This document shows, in pieces, positions 45,971-54,551 of a stretch of 64,000 nt of DNA (positions are counted from its first letter, which is position 1; every line of letters starts with the position of its first letter). Source of the DNA: Robiginitomaculum sp. (GTDB lineage Bacteria > Pseudomonadota > Alphaproteobacteria > Caulobacterales > Maricaulaceae); NCBI GenBank assembly GCA_002733495.1, contig NVVV01000004.1, forward strand, positions 32,806 through 96,805. The letters are read 5' to 3'. The notes under the pieces are model-generated. The model had not been told where the DNA came from and did no database searches. It worked only from the letters and a program-made list of their open reading frames with translations. The position numbers and the translations under genes were made by a program.

Positions 45971-46612
45971 TTGCCTCTTCACATGCTGACCCACAAACAG
46001 ATCTGGCGCGGACTTGATGTTCTGGCGGACCGGGCAGGCTTAAGTGCCTCTGGCCTGGCCCGAAAGGCAGGTCTGGACGCCACCGCCTTTAACCCGTCAA
46101 AACGCTATGCAGCCAATGGTACGCGGCTGCGCTGGCCTTCTACCGAGAGCCTAGCCAAGGTGCTGGAGGCCGTGGAAGTATCCTTTGAAGACTTTGCGGC
46201 CATGACCAGTGAGGCTTTGGCGTCTGGCCGTCCGGTGCCTTTAATCGGTCTGGCACAGGCTGGATCAGGCGGGTTTTTTGATGATGCCGGCTATCCTACG
46301 GGCACGGGCTGGGACGAGGTGCGCTTTCCGGGTTTTGACGGTGGCCGCGCCTATGCGCTGGAAATTTCAGGCGATTCCATGGTGCCGGTGTTTCGTGATG
46401 GGGACCGCATTGTTGTCGCCCCGGACGAAAGCGTGCGGCGCGGCGACCGGGTGGTGGTACGCACATGCGAAGGCGAGGTTCTGGCCAAGGAATTACGCCG
46501 CATGACCGATACCAAGATCGAACTGGCATCGCTCAATCCTGAATATCCAGACCGGGTTCTGGCGCGAAAAGACGTGGACTGGATTGCCCGCATCGTCTGG
46601 GCCAGCCAGTAA
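45971..46612 (+). CDS. HTH plus S24 peptidase (LexA/CI-like) family repressor
   Basis: The C-terminal part ALEISGDSMVPVFRDGDRIVV.P.......GDRVVV......V.AKEL is the S24 catalytic core (Ser...Lys). The N-terminal part is HTH-like. The start is TTG 45971 or ATG 45983. Confidence 0.75.
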   Translation: MPLHMLTHKQIWRGLDVLADRAGLSASGLARKAGLDATAFNPSKRYAANGTRLRWPSTESLAKVLEAVEVSFEDFAAMTSEALASGRPVPLIGLAQAGSGGFFDDAGYPTGTGWDEVRFPGFDGGRAYALEISGDSMVPVFRDGDRIVVAPDESVRRGDRVVVRTCEGEVLAKELRRMTDTKIELASLNPEYPDRVLARKDVDWIARIVWASQ

Positions 46613-46624
46613 TAATTTTTCCTG

Positions 46625-47779
46625 TTAGCACAAATGCTGTGGCAGTTTTTGTAAAGTGCGCAGACATTTGTCCAATTGGCTTATGTCTACGTATTCATCG
46701 GGCTTGTGGGCCTGTTCGATAGAGCCGGGACCACAGACCACGGCGGGCAGGCCGGCGCGCTGAAACAGTCCGGCTTCGGTGGTATAGGACACCACGCGGC
46801 TTTGGTTATCGCCGGTAAGAAGCCGGGCAATCTGTTCGGCGGCACTTTGCGGATCTGCATTAAGAGGCGGGGCACTGGTTTTGCGTTCAAAGCGAATGTG
46901 CGCCTCAGGGGCATTTTGGCGCATTTGCGCCTCAACCGCTTTAACCTTGCGGTCAAAGCGCGTCTCAATAGCGGCGCAATCATCACTGGGCAGCAGACGC
47001 AGATCCCAGGAAAAAGTGCAGTCCCTGGCAATGATATTCACTGCCGTACCGCCTTTAACCAGACCAATGGTCAAGGTGCCATAGGGCGGGTCAAACGGAT
47101 TATGCGGCGGGGCGTTTTTGCGCAGATCATCGGCAATGGTGCTAAGTTCTGCCATCAAAAGGCCAGCGGCCATGATGGCCGAGGCCCCTTTGTGCGGCAG
47201 GCTGGAATGGGCCTCTTTGCCTTCAATACTAACGAGGTAGGAGTTTTGACCTTTATGGGCACTGACCACCTGCATAGAGCTTGGCTCGCCCACAAGGACA
47301 GCAGCAGGGGCCGGTAAATCGCGCTGCAAAGCCTCGATCAGGGAAGGTGCACCAAGACAGCCAACTTCTTCATCATAGGAAAAGGCAAAAATAACCGGGC
47401 GTTTTAAGTTGGCCTTGGCAAAATCCGGCGCAGCGGCAAGGGCGCAGGCAATAAAACCCTTCATATCGCAGGTGCCGCGCCCGTAATAACGCCCGTCTTG
47501 TTCTTTGAGGGTAAAAGGTTCACTGGACCAGTTCTGCCCGTCAATCGGCACCACATCTGTATGGCCCGATAGAACGAGACCGCCAGCAATTTGCGGGCCT
47601 AGACGGGCATAAAAATTAGCCTTTTTACCGCCATCACCGCAAACGCGCCAACATTGCGCGCCTAATTTACCAAGATAATTTTCAACCCAGTCAATCAGCG
47701 TGATATTGGAATTGCGCGAGACCGTATCAAAACCTACAAGTGTGGTCAGGATCTTGCGCAATTGGTCCTGATTGCTCAT
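46625..47779 (-). CDS. argE: M20-family deacylase, probably acetylornithine deacetylase
   Basis: Contains ..LVGFDTVS.., LSGHTDVVP, GRGTCDMKGF and YDEEVGC. The start ATG 47779 overlaps the FKBP gene stop (ATGA). Confidence 0.65.
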   Translation of the reverse strand: MSNQDQLRKILTTLVGFDTVSRNSNITLIDWVENYLGKLGAQCWRVCGDGGKKANFYARLGPQIAGGLVLSGHTDVVPIDGQNWSSEPFTLKEQDGRYYGRGTCDMKGFIACALAAAPDFAKANLKRPVIFAFSYDEEVGCLGAPSLIEALQRDLPAPAAVLVGEPSSMQVVSAHKGQNSYLVSIEGKEAHSSLPHKGASAIMAAGLLMAELSTIADDLRKNAPPHNPFDPPYGTLTIGLVKGGTAVNIIARDCTFSWDLRLLPSDDCAAIETRFDRKVKAVEAQMRQNAPEAHIRFERKTSAPPLNADPQSAAEQIARLLTGDNQSRVVSYTTEAGLFQRAGLPAVVCGPGSIEQAHKPDEYVDISQLDKCLRTLQKLPQHLC

Positions 47780-48384
47780 CCTTCTGATTTGGAACAATCC
47801 AGCGCAGGATTCGCCGCATAAGTGCTGCGGTATTCATCCATACTCAGATCCATCAGCTTGATCAGGTTAATTTTGAACACCAAAGTTTCATTGGGACCGA
47901 TAGGCCCACCCATGGTGCCGTTGCGGCCATAGGCCAGTTCAGGGGCAATATATAACATCCACTCATCACCGGGGCGCATAATCGACAGCGCTTCAACCCA
48001 GCCTTTGACCAGACGGTTAGAGGGAAAAACAGCAGGGACGCCGCGCTTGTAAGAGCTATCAAACTCTTTGCCATCCAGCGATGTGCCCTGATAATTCACG
48101 CAGACGAATTGCCCAGAAAAGGGATGTTCGCCGCCTTTAGGCCCTGATGTCAGCACTTTGTATTGCAGACCTGAATCCGTGACCTTGATACCACGCTTCT
48201 TTTTATTTTGTTCAAGAAAAGCCGTGCCGGCGGCCAGGTTTTTCTCTGCCGGACTGGCATTTTCATCCAGTGTAATCTGATCCTGATCCAACTGGTCCTG
48301 ATCATCTGCGGCATCTTTGTTCGCCGGGCTGCAAGCGGCTATCAACGCGATAAGACCAAGGCCAGTAAGGGTAATCAGTTTCAT
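47776..48384 (-). CDS. FKBP-type peptidyl-prolyl cis-trans isomerase lipoprotein
   Basis: A lipobox (LIALIAAC) is followed by the FKBP core (..V.Y.G....GKEFDSSY.RG.P..F......V..GW.EAL..M..G..W.LYIP.ELAYG). Confidence 0.85.
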   Translation of the reverse strand: MKLITLTGLGLIALIAACSPANKDAADDQDQLDQDQITLDENASPAEKNLAAGTAFLEQNKKKRGIKVTDSGLQYKVLTSGPKGGEHPFSGQFVCVNYQGTSLDGKEFDSSYKRGVPAVFPSNRLVKGWVEALSIMRPGDEWMLYIAPELAYGRNGTMGGPIGPNETLVFKINLIKLMDLSMDEYRSTYAANPALDCSKSEG

Positions 48385-48535
48385 AGTTTTCGTCCTAAAA
48401 AATGGGTTTGATTAGGTGTAAACGAGGGGCACGGTTTTGGCGAGTAAAATATAGTCATCTGAAAAGATGTGCATCTTTCTTGCCAGCGTTAAGGGGCGCG
48501 GCTATGCCTGAACCAACAAAGAAAGAGGCAGGGAA

Positions 48536-49261
48536 ATGACTGTTTTAGCGCTTGTGCGCCATGGCCAGAGCCAGTGGAATCTGGAAAACCGTTTTACCGG
48601 CTGGGTCGATGTGCCCTTAACGCCAAAGGGTGAGGATGAAGCGCGTAAAGCGGGGCAGTTGCTTGCGGCTTGCGGCCATGATTTTGATCAGGCCTTCACA
48701 TCCCTGCAAACCCGGGCCATCCGGACTTTATGGCTGGCGCTAACCGAAATGAACGCGGTCTGGTTGCCAACCCAAAAAGATTACCGCCTGAATGAGCGCC
48801 ATTACGGGGCGCTGACTGGCCTGGACAAGGCCGAAACGGCAGAAAAGCATGGTACCGATCAGGTGCATATCTGGCGGCGCTCCTATGATGTACCCCCGCC
48901 GCCACTGGATTGGGACGATCCCATAAACCCGTGTCTGGACAGGCGTTATGCACATGTGTTGCGCGATGACTTGCCGCGCGCGGAATCTTTAAAAATGACG
49001 CTGGAGCGGGTGCTGCCCTATTGGCAGGCGCAAATTGAACCACAGGTTCTGGGTGAAAAAAACATCATTATCTCCGCTCATGGCAATTCTCTGCGCGCTT
49101 TGGTAAAGCTGTTATTTGGGGTTTCTGAAGCTGATATTGTGAATGTGGAAATTCCAACAGGTAATCCGCTATTAATCGAATTTTCAACGGGCAGCCTTGC
49201 CATAAAAAGCGCTCGCTATCTGGATGAAAGCCGCGCTCGGGACTTGCCGCCGTTTGGCTAA
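48536..49261 (+). CDS. gpmA: 2,3-bisphosphoglycerate-dependent phosphoglycerate mutase
   Basis: Contains the catalytic motif LVRHGQSQWN.ENRFTGW.DV.LT..G, plus ..ERHYGAL.G and ..SAHGNSLRAL. Confidence 0.92.
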   Translation: MTVLALVRHGQSQWNLENRFTGWVDVPLTPKGEDEARKAGQLLAACGHDFDQAFTSLQTRAIRTLWLALTEMNAVWLPTQKDYRLNERHYGALTGLDKAETAEKHGTDQVHIWRRSYDVPPPPLDWDDPINPCLDRRYAHVLRDDLPRAESLKMTLERVLPYWQAQIEPQVLGEKNIIISAHGNSLRALVKLLFGVSEADIVNVEIPTGNPLLIEFSTGSLAIKSARYLDESRARDLPPFG

Positions 49262-49401
49262 AACTTTCCTGTGCGTGGTTTTTACTGGATGTAATGTAAA
49301 TTGGTCTATGAAATCATGCATTTCCTCGCACAAATTCATTATAGATTATCCTTCTCTTAATATTCTGGCGGCACCATTGCCCCCTACAGGGATGTGAGGC
49401 C

Positions 49402-49830
49402 ATGTTCGACGACGACGATTTTGAACTTCCAGATGATTTGGCCGCGATGGCCGATGCCGCCGGTGCGGCGCTCGCTGGCATGGGCGAGGAATTTGCCGCA
49501 GGCGCGCAAACCGATGCGGAAAACCTGAAAGGTCATCTGGAAAATGCGGCGCAATCATCCGATGATACGGATTTTATAAAACATGTTGGGTTGGCCTTTG
49601 GCATTGCTCATGACCTGAAAGGTCAGGGGTCGACGTTTGGCTATACGCTGGTTACCGACATTGCCGAGCATTTATGCACATTGTCTCGTCCACAAAACAA
49701 TCCTGACCGCAACGCCATGCCGGTAATACAGGCCTGTGCACAGGCGTTATATGATGTCTTGGCCGGGCGCATAGAAGGCGATGGTGGCGATATGGGCCAG
49801 CGTCTGCGCAGAGAGCTGGGCCTTAGCTAA
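49402..49830 (+). CDS. Hpt (histidine phosphotransfer)-like domain protein
   Basis: AFGIAHDLKGQGSTFGY fits the H-x-x-K-G phosphohistidine motif in a helical protein. The N-terminus is acidic. Confidence 0.5.
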   Translation: MFDDDDFELPDDLAAMADAAGAALAGMGEEFAAGAQTDAENLKGHLENAAQSSDDTDFIKHVGLAFGIAHDLKGQGSTFGYTLVTDIAEHLCTLSRPQNNPDRNAMPVIQACAQALYDVLAGRIEGDGGDMGQRLRRELGLS

Positions 49831-49851
49831 AAGCTAAAAGTTTACAGATAT

Positions 49852-49885
49852 AAAAAAAGGCGGCACCGCAGCGCCGCCTTTCTTC
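49852..49885. terminator. bidirectional rho-independent terminator (between the Hpt gene and hsp20)
   Basis: AAAAAAA, GGCGGC (49859-64), loop, GCCGCC (49873-78), TTTCTTC. It lies between convergent genes. Confidence 0.65.
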
Positions 49886-49900
49886 GTTATGATTATCGCT

Positions 49901-50368
49901 TTAATTGGCTTTTTTGCCGGTAACCAGCTTGCGACCACGATTAACAACGCGATCAATCTTGATGGTGCGCGGTTTCATCGCTTCGGGTAGCTCGCGCTTT
50001 AGATCAATACGCAACAGGCCGTTTTCCAGACCGGCATTTTGCACAACCACATAATCAGCAAGCTGAAAGCGCCGTTCAAAAGCGCGCTCGGCAATGCCCC
50101 GGTGCAGGAATTGGCGCTCGTCTTCTATTGGCGGTTTATTACCGCGAACGACCAGCACGCCCTCGCGCACTTCAATGTTCAGATCATCTTCGGTAAACCC
50201 GGCGATGGCCAGTTCAATGCGATAGGCATCTTCGTCGGTTTGTTCAATATTATAAGGGGGATAGCCTTGTGAGGCCGGGTCAATCTTGGCCGCCTCGTCA
50301 ATCATATCAGCCACACGGTCAAACCCGACCAGTGTGCGATAAAGGGGGGTAAAATCAAAACTTTGCAT
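49901..50368 (-). CDS. small heat-shock protein, Hsp20/IbpA family
   Basis: An alpha-crystallin domain (..YPPYNIE...ED.YRIELA.AGF...DL.IEV....L.V.G........FLH.GIA.R.F.R.F.LAD.V.V..A.L.NGLL.IDL). The start ATG 50368 has the RBS GGAGA. Confidence 0.9.
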   Translation of the reverse strand: MQSFDFTPLYRTLVGFDRVADMIDEAAKIDPASQGYPPYNIEQTDEDAYRIELAIAGFTEDDLNIEVREGVLVVRGNKPPIEDERQFLHRGIAERAFERRFQLADYVVVQNAGLENGLLRIDLKRELPEAMKPRTIKIDRVVNRGRKLVTGKKAN

Positions 50369-50376
50369 GTCCTTAT

Positions 50377-50395
50377 CTCCTTTTTCTAAAAGCAA
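50377..50395 (-). ncRNA. ROSE-like RNA-thermometer hairpin occluding the hsp20 Shine-Dalgarno
   Basis: On the minus strand, UUGCUUUU-AGA-AAAAGGAG: the UUGCU motif pairs with the AGGAG SD and has an unpaired G, as in ROSE elements. It ends 8 nt before the AUG. The whole leader of about 115 nt runs from 50369 to about 50483. Confidence 0.45.
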
Positions 50396-50490
50396 CATGT
50401 CGGTTCGGTGCGGTACGGCCCGAACCTGCCGGTTTTTGCGCCGCTCCAAAGGGCAGAGGCGCGCGAAGGCCCAAAAGGCACCTTCAGAAT

Positions 50491-50520
50491 ATATTTGGGA
50501 TTGATGACAAGTTTTTCAAG
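50491..50520 (-). promoter_or_regulatory. sigma32 (RpoH)-type promoter of hsp20
   Basis: The minus strand reads CTTGAAA-N14-CCCAAATAT, compared with the consensus CTTGAAA-N13-15-CCCCATNT. Confidence 0.6.
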
Positions 50521-50585
50521 AACCCTTGCTTCCCACCGGCGGACATGGCTATGACTGGCCCTTGGTAGGCGTATGGGAGTGCCAG

Positions 50586-51491
50586 ATGGATCAGCGTATA
50601 GGTTTTGGATTAGCCGCCATTCTTTTTGCCCTTAGCGGCTGTGAAAAGAGCGAGCCAAATCCGCAAATTCAGATCCCGATACCCAAAGCGGCACCCATCC
50701 CTACAGGGCCAGAGATTGGAACGCTGGAATGGGCAGTCAAAGGCGAATGGCGCTCGGACACTGACAAGGCTCGCAATGCGTGGCGTCATCCCCTTAAAAC
50801 CTTGCAGTTTTGTGGCCTGGCCCCAAAGCAAAGCGTTTTGGAGGTTTGGCCTGGCGGTGGCTGGTACACCCAAATTCTGGCCCCCTGGGTCAAGGAAAAT
50901 GAAGGTCAATACAGGGCCGCCCGGATCGACCCTGATATTTCGGATAATGCCGCAGCTCTGAACCGTTCTTTTAAGCGCAAATTTGAAGACAAAGACCTTT
51001 ACGGGTCGATAAACACCACCGTGCTTAGCGCTACGTCTGGCCCGCTGGTTCCTCCGGACAGCGTTGATCTCATTTTGACCTTTCGTAATGTGCATTCCTG
51101 GTTGGCGCAGGGCATGGCGGCCAAGGCCTTTAATGATTTTTACGCGGCGCTAAAACCCGGCGGCAGTTTCTGTGTGGTTGAGCACCGCCTGCCCGATGCG
51201 CGCGAACAGGACCCGCTGGCCAGTTCCGGCTATGTCCAGCGCACGCTGGTCAAGGCGCTGGCCAAGGATGCAGGCTTTATTTTTGACGGGCAAAGCGATG
51301 TGAATGCTAATCCCAAAGACACCGCAGATCACCCCTTTGGGGTCTGGACCTTGGCGCCGGTGCGCCGCAATGCTGCACCGGGTGAAGACCCGGACCTGGC
51401 ATTTAACCGTCAGCGTTATGATGATATTGGTGAAAGTGACCGAATGACCTTGCGCTTTTCCAAACCCCTGCCCCCCAAAAGCGGAGAATAA
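50586..51491 (+). CDS. class I SAM-dependent methyltransferase with lipoprotein signal peptide
   Basis: The lipobox (AAILFALSGC) points to the start at ATG 50586. Contains VLEVWPGGGWYT (SAM motif I-like) and ..LKPGGSF.VV.H. Confidence 0.65.
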   Translation: MDQRIGFGLAAILFALSGCEKSEPNPQIQIPIPKAAPIPTGPEIGTLEWAVKGEWRSDTDKARNAWRHPLKTLQFCGLAPKQSVLEVWPGGGWYTQILAPWVKENEGQYRAARIDPDISDNAAALNRSFKRKFEDKDLYGSINTTVLSATSGPLVPPDSVDLILTFRNVHSWLAQGMAAKAFNDFYAALKPGGSFCVVEHRLPDAREQDPLASSGYVQRTLVKALAKDAGFIFDGQSDVNANPKDTADHPFGVWTLAPVRRNAAPGEDPDLAFNRQRYDDIGESDRMTLRFSKPLPPKSGE

Positions 51492-51493
51492 TA

Positions 51494-52435
51494 ATGTCCC
51501 TTGATCCAGCGCCCCTGATTGCCCTTGATGATGATCCGGCCCCGAAAGGTACAGAAACCTTTTGGTTTGAAGGTAAAGGCAAGGTACGTTTACGCGCAGC
51601 ACTTTGCCCAGCGCAGGGCAATGTTAAAGGCTCCATACTTTTTTCGCCAGGGCGCTCTGAATATCTGGAAAAATTTCTGGAGCTGGCGCGGGATTTAACG
51701 GCGCGCGGCTATAATTTTGCGGTGATCGACCATCGAGGTCAGGGGCTATCGGATCGTCTGCTGAAAGACCCGCTTATGGGCTATGTCAAAAACTTTGCTG
51801 ATTACGCTGCTGATTTGGAAACCCTGGCCGGGCATTTGCAAGGCCGCATGGGCGGGCCATTGGTTTTGGCGGCCCATTCCATGGGCGGGCTGATCGCCGC
51901 CGATGTGGCCCGCCGGGGCAAGCTTGACCTTGCCGGCATGGCGCTCAGTGCACCAATGTTTGGCTTCTATGCCGGCGGCGCCGGTATGGAAATGATGATC
52001 AGCGTGGCCAATGCGCTGGGCTTTGCCGCCAAAAGCCCGCCCGGCGTTGATGGCGGCGGCGCGCAAAGTGAAAATGCTGCCCAAACGCTGACCTCGGACA
52101 AGGAACGCTTTGGCCGCGATCAAAGACGCAATGCCATGAATGAAGATATTCACCTTGGCCCGCCGACTTTTGGCTGGCTAAAGGCGGCGCTGGCAAAGCA
52201 AAAACGGATGTTCAAAAAAGGCGGCTTTGCGGCGTTAAGCCTGCCCATCTATATGGCCAGCGCCGGCGAAGAAGCGCTGGTCAGCAATGAGGCCATAAGA
52301 GAAGCCCACGCCCTGATGCCTGACGCCGTTTATGAGAATATACCCGGAGCCTTGCACGAACTGATCGAAGAGCAGGACCAATACCGCGATCGCTTTATGG
52401 ATGGTTTTTATGCGCTCTTGGCCCGGGTGAGCTAG
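51494..52435 (+). CDS. alpha/beta hydrolase (lysophospholipase/monoglyceride-lipase-like)
   Basis: Contains ..SPGRSEY.EK..E....L...GY.....DHRGQG.S.R and the nucleophile elbow AHSMGG, plus a C-terminal ..G.LHEL. Confidence 0.8.
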   Translation: MSLDPAPLIALDDDPAPKGTETFWFEGKGKVRLRAALCPAQGNVKGSILFSPGRSEYLEKFLELARDLTARGYNFAVIDHRGQGLSDRLLKDPLMGYVKNFADYAADLETLAGHLQGRMGGPLVLAAHSMGGLIAADVARRGKLDLAGMALSAPMFGFYAGGAGMEMMISVANALGFAAKSPPGVDGGGAQSENAAQTLTSDKERFGRDQRRNAMNEDIHLGPPTFGWLKAALAKQKRMFKKGGFAALSLPIYMASAGEEALVSNEAIREAHALMPDAVYENIPGALHELIEEQDQYRDRFMDGFYALLARVS

Positions 52436-52848
52436 CCTGAAAAGACCCTGTCATAAAGTCCCATCAGCGGCAGAGACAAATAAGCGGCGGTAAAGCCTAT
52501 CGCCCAGAATGTGATCGCAACCTTAAACAGGCGGCGGTTCCATGTGTCTGCACGCGCACACTGGGCGGCCAGTACCGGGTCTGTGGGGCAGGCCCGTCCC
52601 GGTCGGTAAAGCGCCCAGGCGGCGAGCACCATCAGAAGGGCGCTGCCAGAAAATAGCCAGACCTTGTGATGCGCCAACACGGCCAGAAACGGAAAATTGG
52701 AAAAAAGTGCCGCAGAAACCGCGCCAAAGCCAAGCGCCACCAGCATGATCGGCAAGGCACAGCAAATCATTGTGGTGGTTGAGGTAAACAACAACACCCA
52801 GCCCCATTTGCCTTGTTGCAGTCCAGCGGTTTTTCCCGAAATCATCAC
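52432..52848 (-). CDS. MerT-like metal-ion transport membrane protein
   Basis: TM1 carries a vicinal Cys pair (TMICCALPIMLVALGFGAV; compare MerT SACCLGPLVLIALGFSGAW). A second Cys pair sits in a loop after AWALYRPGRAC......C (compare MerT AWRRIYR..AAC.....C). Confidence 0.65.
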   Translation of the reverse strand: MMISGKTAGLQQGKWGWVLLFTSTTTMICCALPIMLVALGFGAVSAALFSNFPFLAVLAHHKVWLFSGSALLMVLAAWALYRPGRACPTDPVLAAQCARADTWNRRLFKVAITFWAIGFTAAYLSLPLMGLYDRVFSG

Positions 52849-53183
52849 CCTGCTTTGTCCTCACTCTTTTGTGTAGAATCATCAGCAGAACAGGTTTTGG
52901 TTTTGGTCATGGAGCGGTACGTGAAACCTCTTTCAAGGAACATGGCTTTGAGCTGATCATCAGTAAAATTGACCGTGCCATCGGTGCACACATTGATAAC
53001 GCCAGTTTCCAGATTGGCAGAGGCATCCTTAACGCCATTGATCTTTTTCAGGGCTTTTTCAGAGGTCGCTACACAGAACGGGCAGGTCATACCATCGACC
53101 TGAAGTTTGTACCCTGTATCGGCGGCCAGGGCAGACCCGGCCAGCATGGTCATTGCGATTGAAAGTGAGAGTGTTTTCAGCAT
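52845..53183 (-). CDS. periplasmic heavy-metal-binding protein (MerP-like HMA domain)
   Basis: A signal peptide is followed by the metal-binding loop VDGMTCPFCV (the GMTCxxC variant) in a ferredoxin-like fold. It has a 4-nt overlap with the merT-like gene. Confidence 0.7.
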   Translation of the reverse strand: MLKTLSLSIAMTMLAGSALAADTGYKLQVDGMTCPFCVATSEKALKKINGVKDASANLETGVINVCTDGTVNFTDDQLKAMFLERGFTYRSMTKTKTCSADDSTQKSEDKAG

Positions 53184-53198
53184 GATTTTCTCCTATGC

Positions 53199-54053
53199 TC
53201 AGAAGTTAAAACGAAGGCTGGTGACCAGAGAATAATCCGGCTCCAGCGCCGTACCGTGAAGCTCATTCACCACGGGTATTTTCAGGGCGGTTTCGGCAAT
53301 CCAGCGCCGGGTGGCATATTGTAAACCCGGCGAGAGAAAGACCTGGGTGCCGCCCGAATTGGGATTGATATTGCTGCCCAGCCAATCTCTTTGTAACTGC
53401 GTGAAATTGGCTTCAAGTACGCCATACAAAAACCCCTTGGTGCTGGCGGTAAGGGTGTTTGGTAACAGCCGGTATTGCAGCGAGGCATCGGCGCTGACCG
53501 TGTCGCCGCGCGCAAAACCATTGGCGCGGGTGTTGGCAACATATTTGATCTGGCTATCAAAATTCCAGTTTGTGCTGGCGGCGGTGAAGATCAGTCCGGC
53601 AAAGCCATCCACGGAGCCATCTCCGGTCTTGCCAGTGCGGCCCGTAGGCAGGGTTGCGCCCACAAAAGGGGCGATGCGGATGGTCTTTCCAGGCCTGTCA
53701 TTTCTATAAATTTCATAACGGGCAAAAATGGTGGCATCACCAAGCCCAGTGAAATTGCTGTTCATAGGGCCTATTTCACGGTCAATATTAACCAGGGGCG
53801 CTACGCCAAAAAGCGCCAGCTTTGGCGTTACGCCATATCCCAGTACAGAAACACCGGCGCGCACCGTAACGTCTCGCTTCATGCCATTCAGGCGATCAGA
53901 AAGGTTGGTTACAATGAATTGCTGGCGCAGCAGGACCTCGCCCTTGCTGACCGGCAGCGCCGTATTAAACGTGATGGGGGCGGCAAAAGCCGTTCCTGAT
54001 GCCGCCATGAGCGGACCTAGTAAACAAACTGCCCGGATACTCGTTTTCATCAT
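53199..54053 (-). CDS. outer-membrane beta-barrel transporter (MetA-pathway/phenol-degradation-like family)
   Basis: It has a signal peptide, alternating amphipathic strands and the C-terminal ..LVTSLRFNF. It is the first gene of the operon driven by the MerR-type promoter. Confidence 0.6.
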   Translation of the reverse strand: MMKTSIRAVCLLGPLMAASGTAFAAPITFNTALPVSKGEVLLRQQFIVTNLSDRLNGMKRDVTVRAGVSVLGYGVTPKLALFGVAPLVNIDREIGPMNSNFTGLGDATIFARYEIYRNDRPGKTIRIAPFVGATLPTGRTGKTGDGSVDGFAGLIFTAASTNWNFDSQIKYVANTRANGFARGDTVSADASLQYRLLPNTLTASTKGFLYGVLEANFTQLQRDWLGSNINPNSGGTQVFLSPGLQYATRRWIAETALKIPVVNELHGTALEPDYSLVTSLRFNF

Positions 54054-54089
54054 GATTTAATATTGCCTTGTATTTAAAACCTGAGCCAG

Positions 54090-54120
54090 TGTATAAGGCC
54101 TGTAGTAACTATAGGCTCAA
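54090..54120 (-). promoter_or_regulatory. MerR-type promoter/operator: -35 TTGAGC, 19-bp spacer with dyad, -10 TATACA
   Basis: The minus strand reads TTGAGC-CTATAGTTACTACAGGCCT-TATACA. The spacer of 19 bp contains the dyad CCTATAG-TTA-CTACAGG (54099-54115). It lies between merR and the OMP-merP-merT operon. Confidence 0.7.
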
Positions 54121-54131
54121 GAGCTATTATC

Positions 54132-54551
54132 ATGACCTCACACAGACGTGAATTTTATATCGGAAATGTTGCCAAACTGACCGGCGTAAAAATTGAGACC
54201 ATAAGGTATTATGAAAAGGCCGGGGTTTTGACATCGCCTGCCCGGGGCGAGAACGGTTACAGGCTCTATACGAAAGCGCAGATCGAACGGCTGATGTTCG
54301 TTAAACGCTGTCGGGCGCTGGGGTTCAGCCTCTCCCAGACCCTCTCTTTGCTCAACCTGGCAAATTCAGAAGGGCGCACCTGCAAGCAAATCAGCCAAAA
54401 GGCAGAAAAGCAATTAAAGGACGTACGGACAAAAATAGAAGACCTGAGACGGATGGAAGATGTGCTGGCCGCCTATGTCGATGCCTGTCCGCGCGATGCC
54501 AGCATTGATTGCCCCATCGTGACCGCTTTGTCGGATGTTCCCACGCTTTAA
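54132..54551 (+). CDS. MerR family metal-responsive transcriptional regulator
   Basis: The N-terminal HTH reads IGNVAKLTGVKIETIRYYEKAGVL. Cys84, Cys119 and Cys127 are spaced 35 and 8 residues apart; Hg-MerR has C82/C117/C126, spaced 35 and 9. Confidence 0.85.
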   Translation: MTSHRREFYIGNVAKLTGVKIETIRYYEKAGVLTSPARGENGYRLYTKAQIERLMFVKRCRALGFSLSQTLSLLNLANSEGRTCKQISQKAEKQLKDVRTKIEDLRRMEDVLAAYVDACPRDASIDCPIVTALSDVPTL

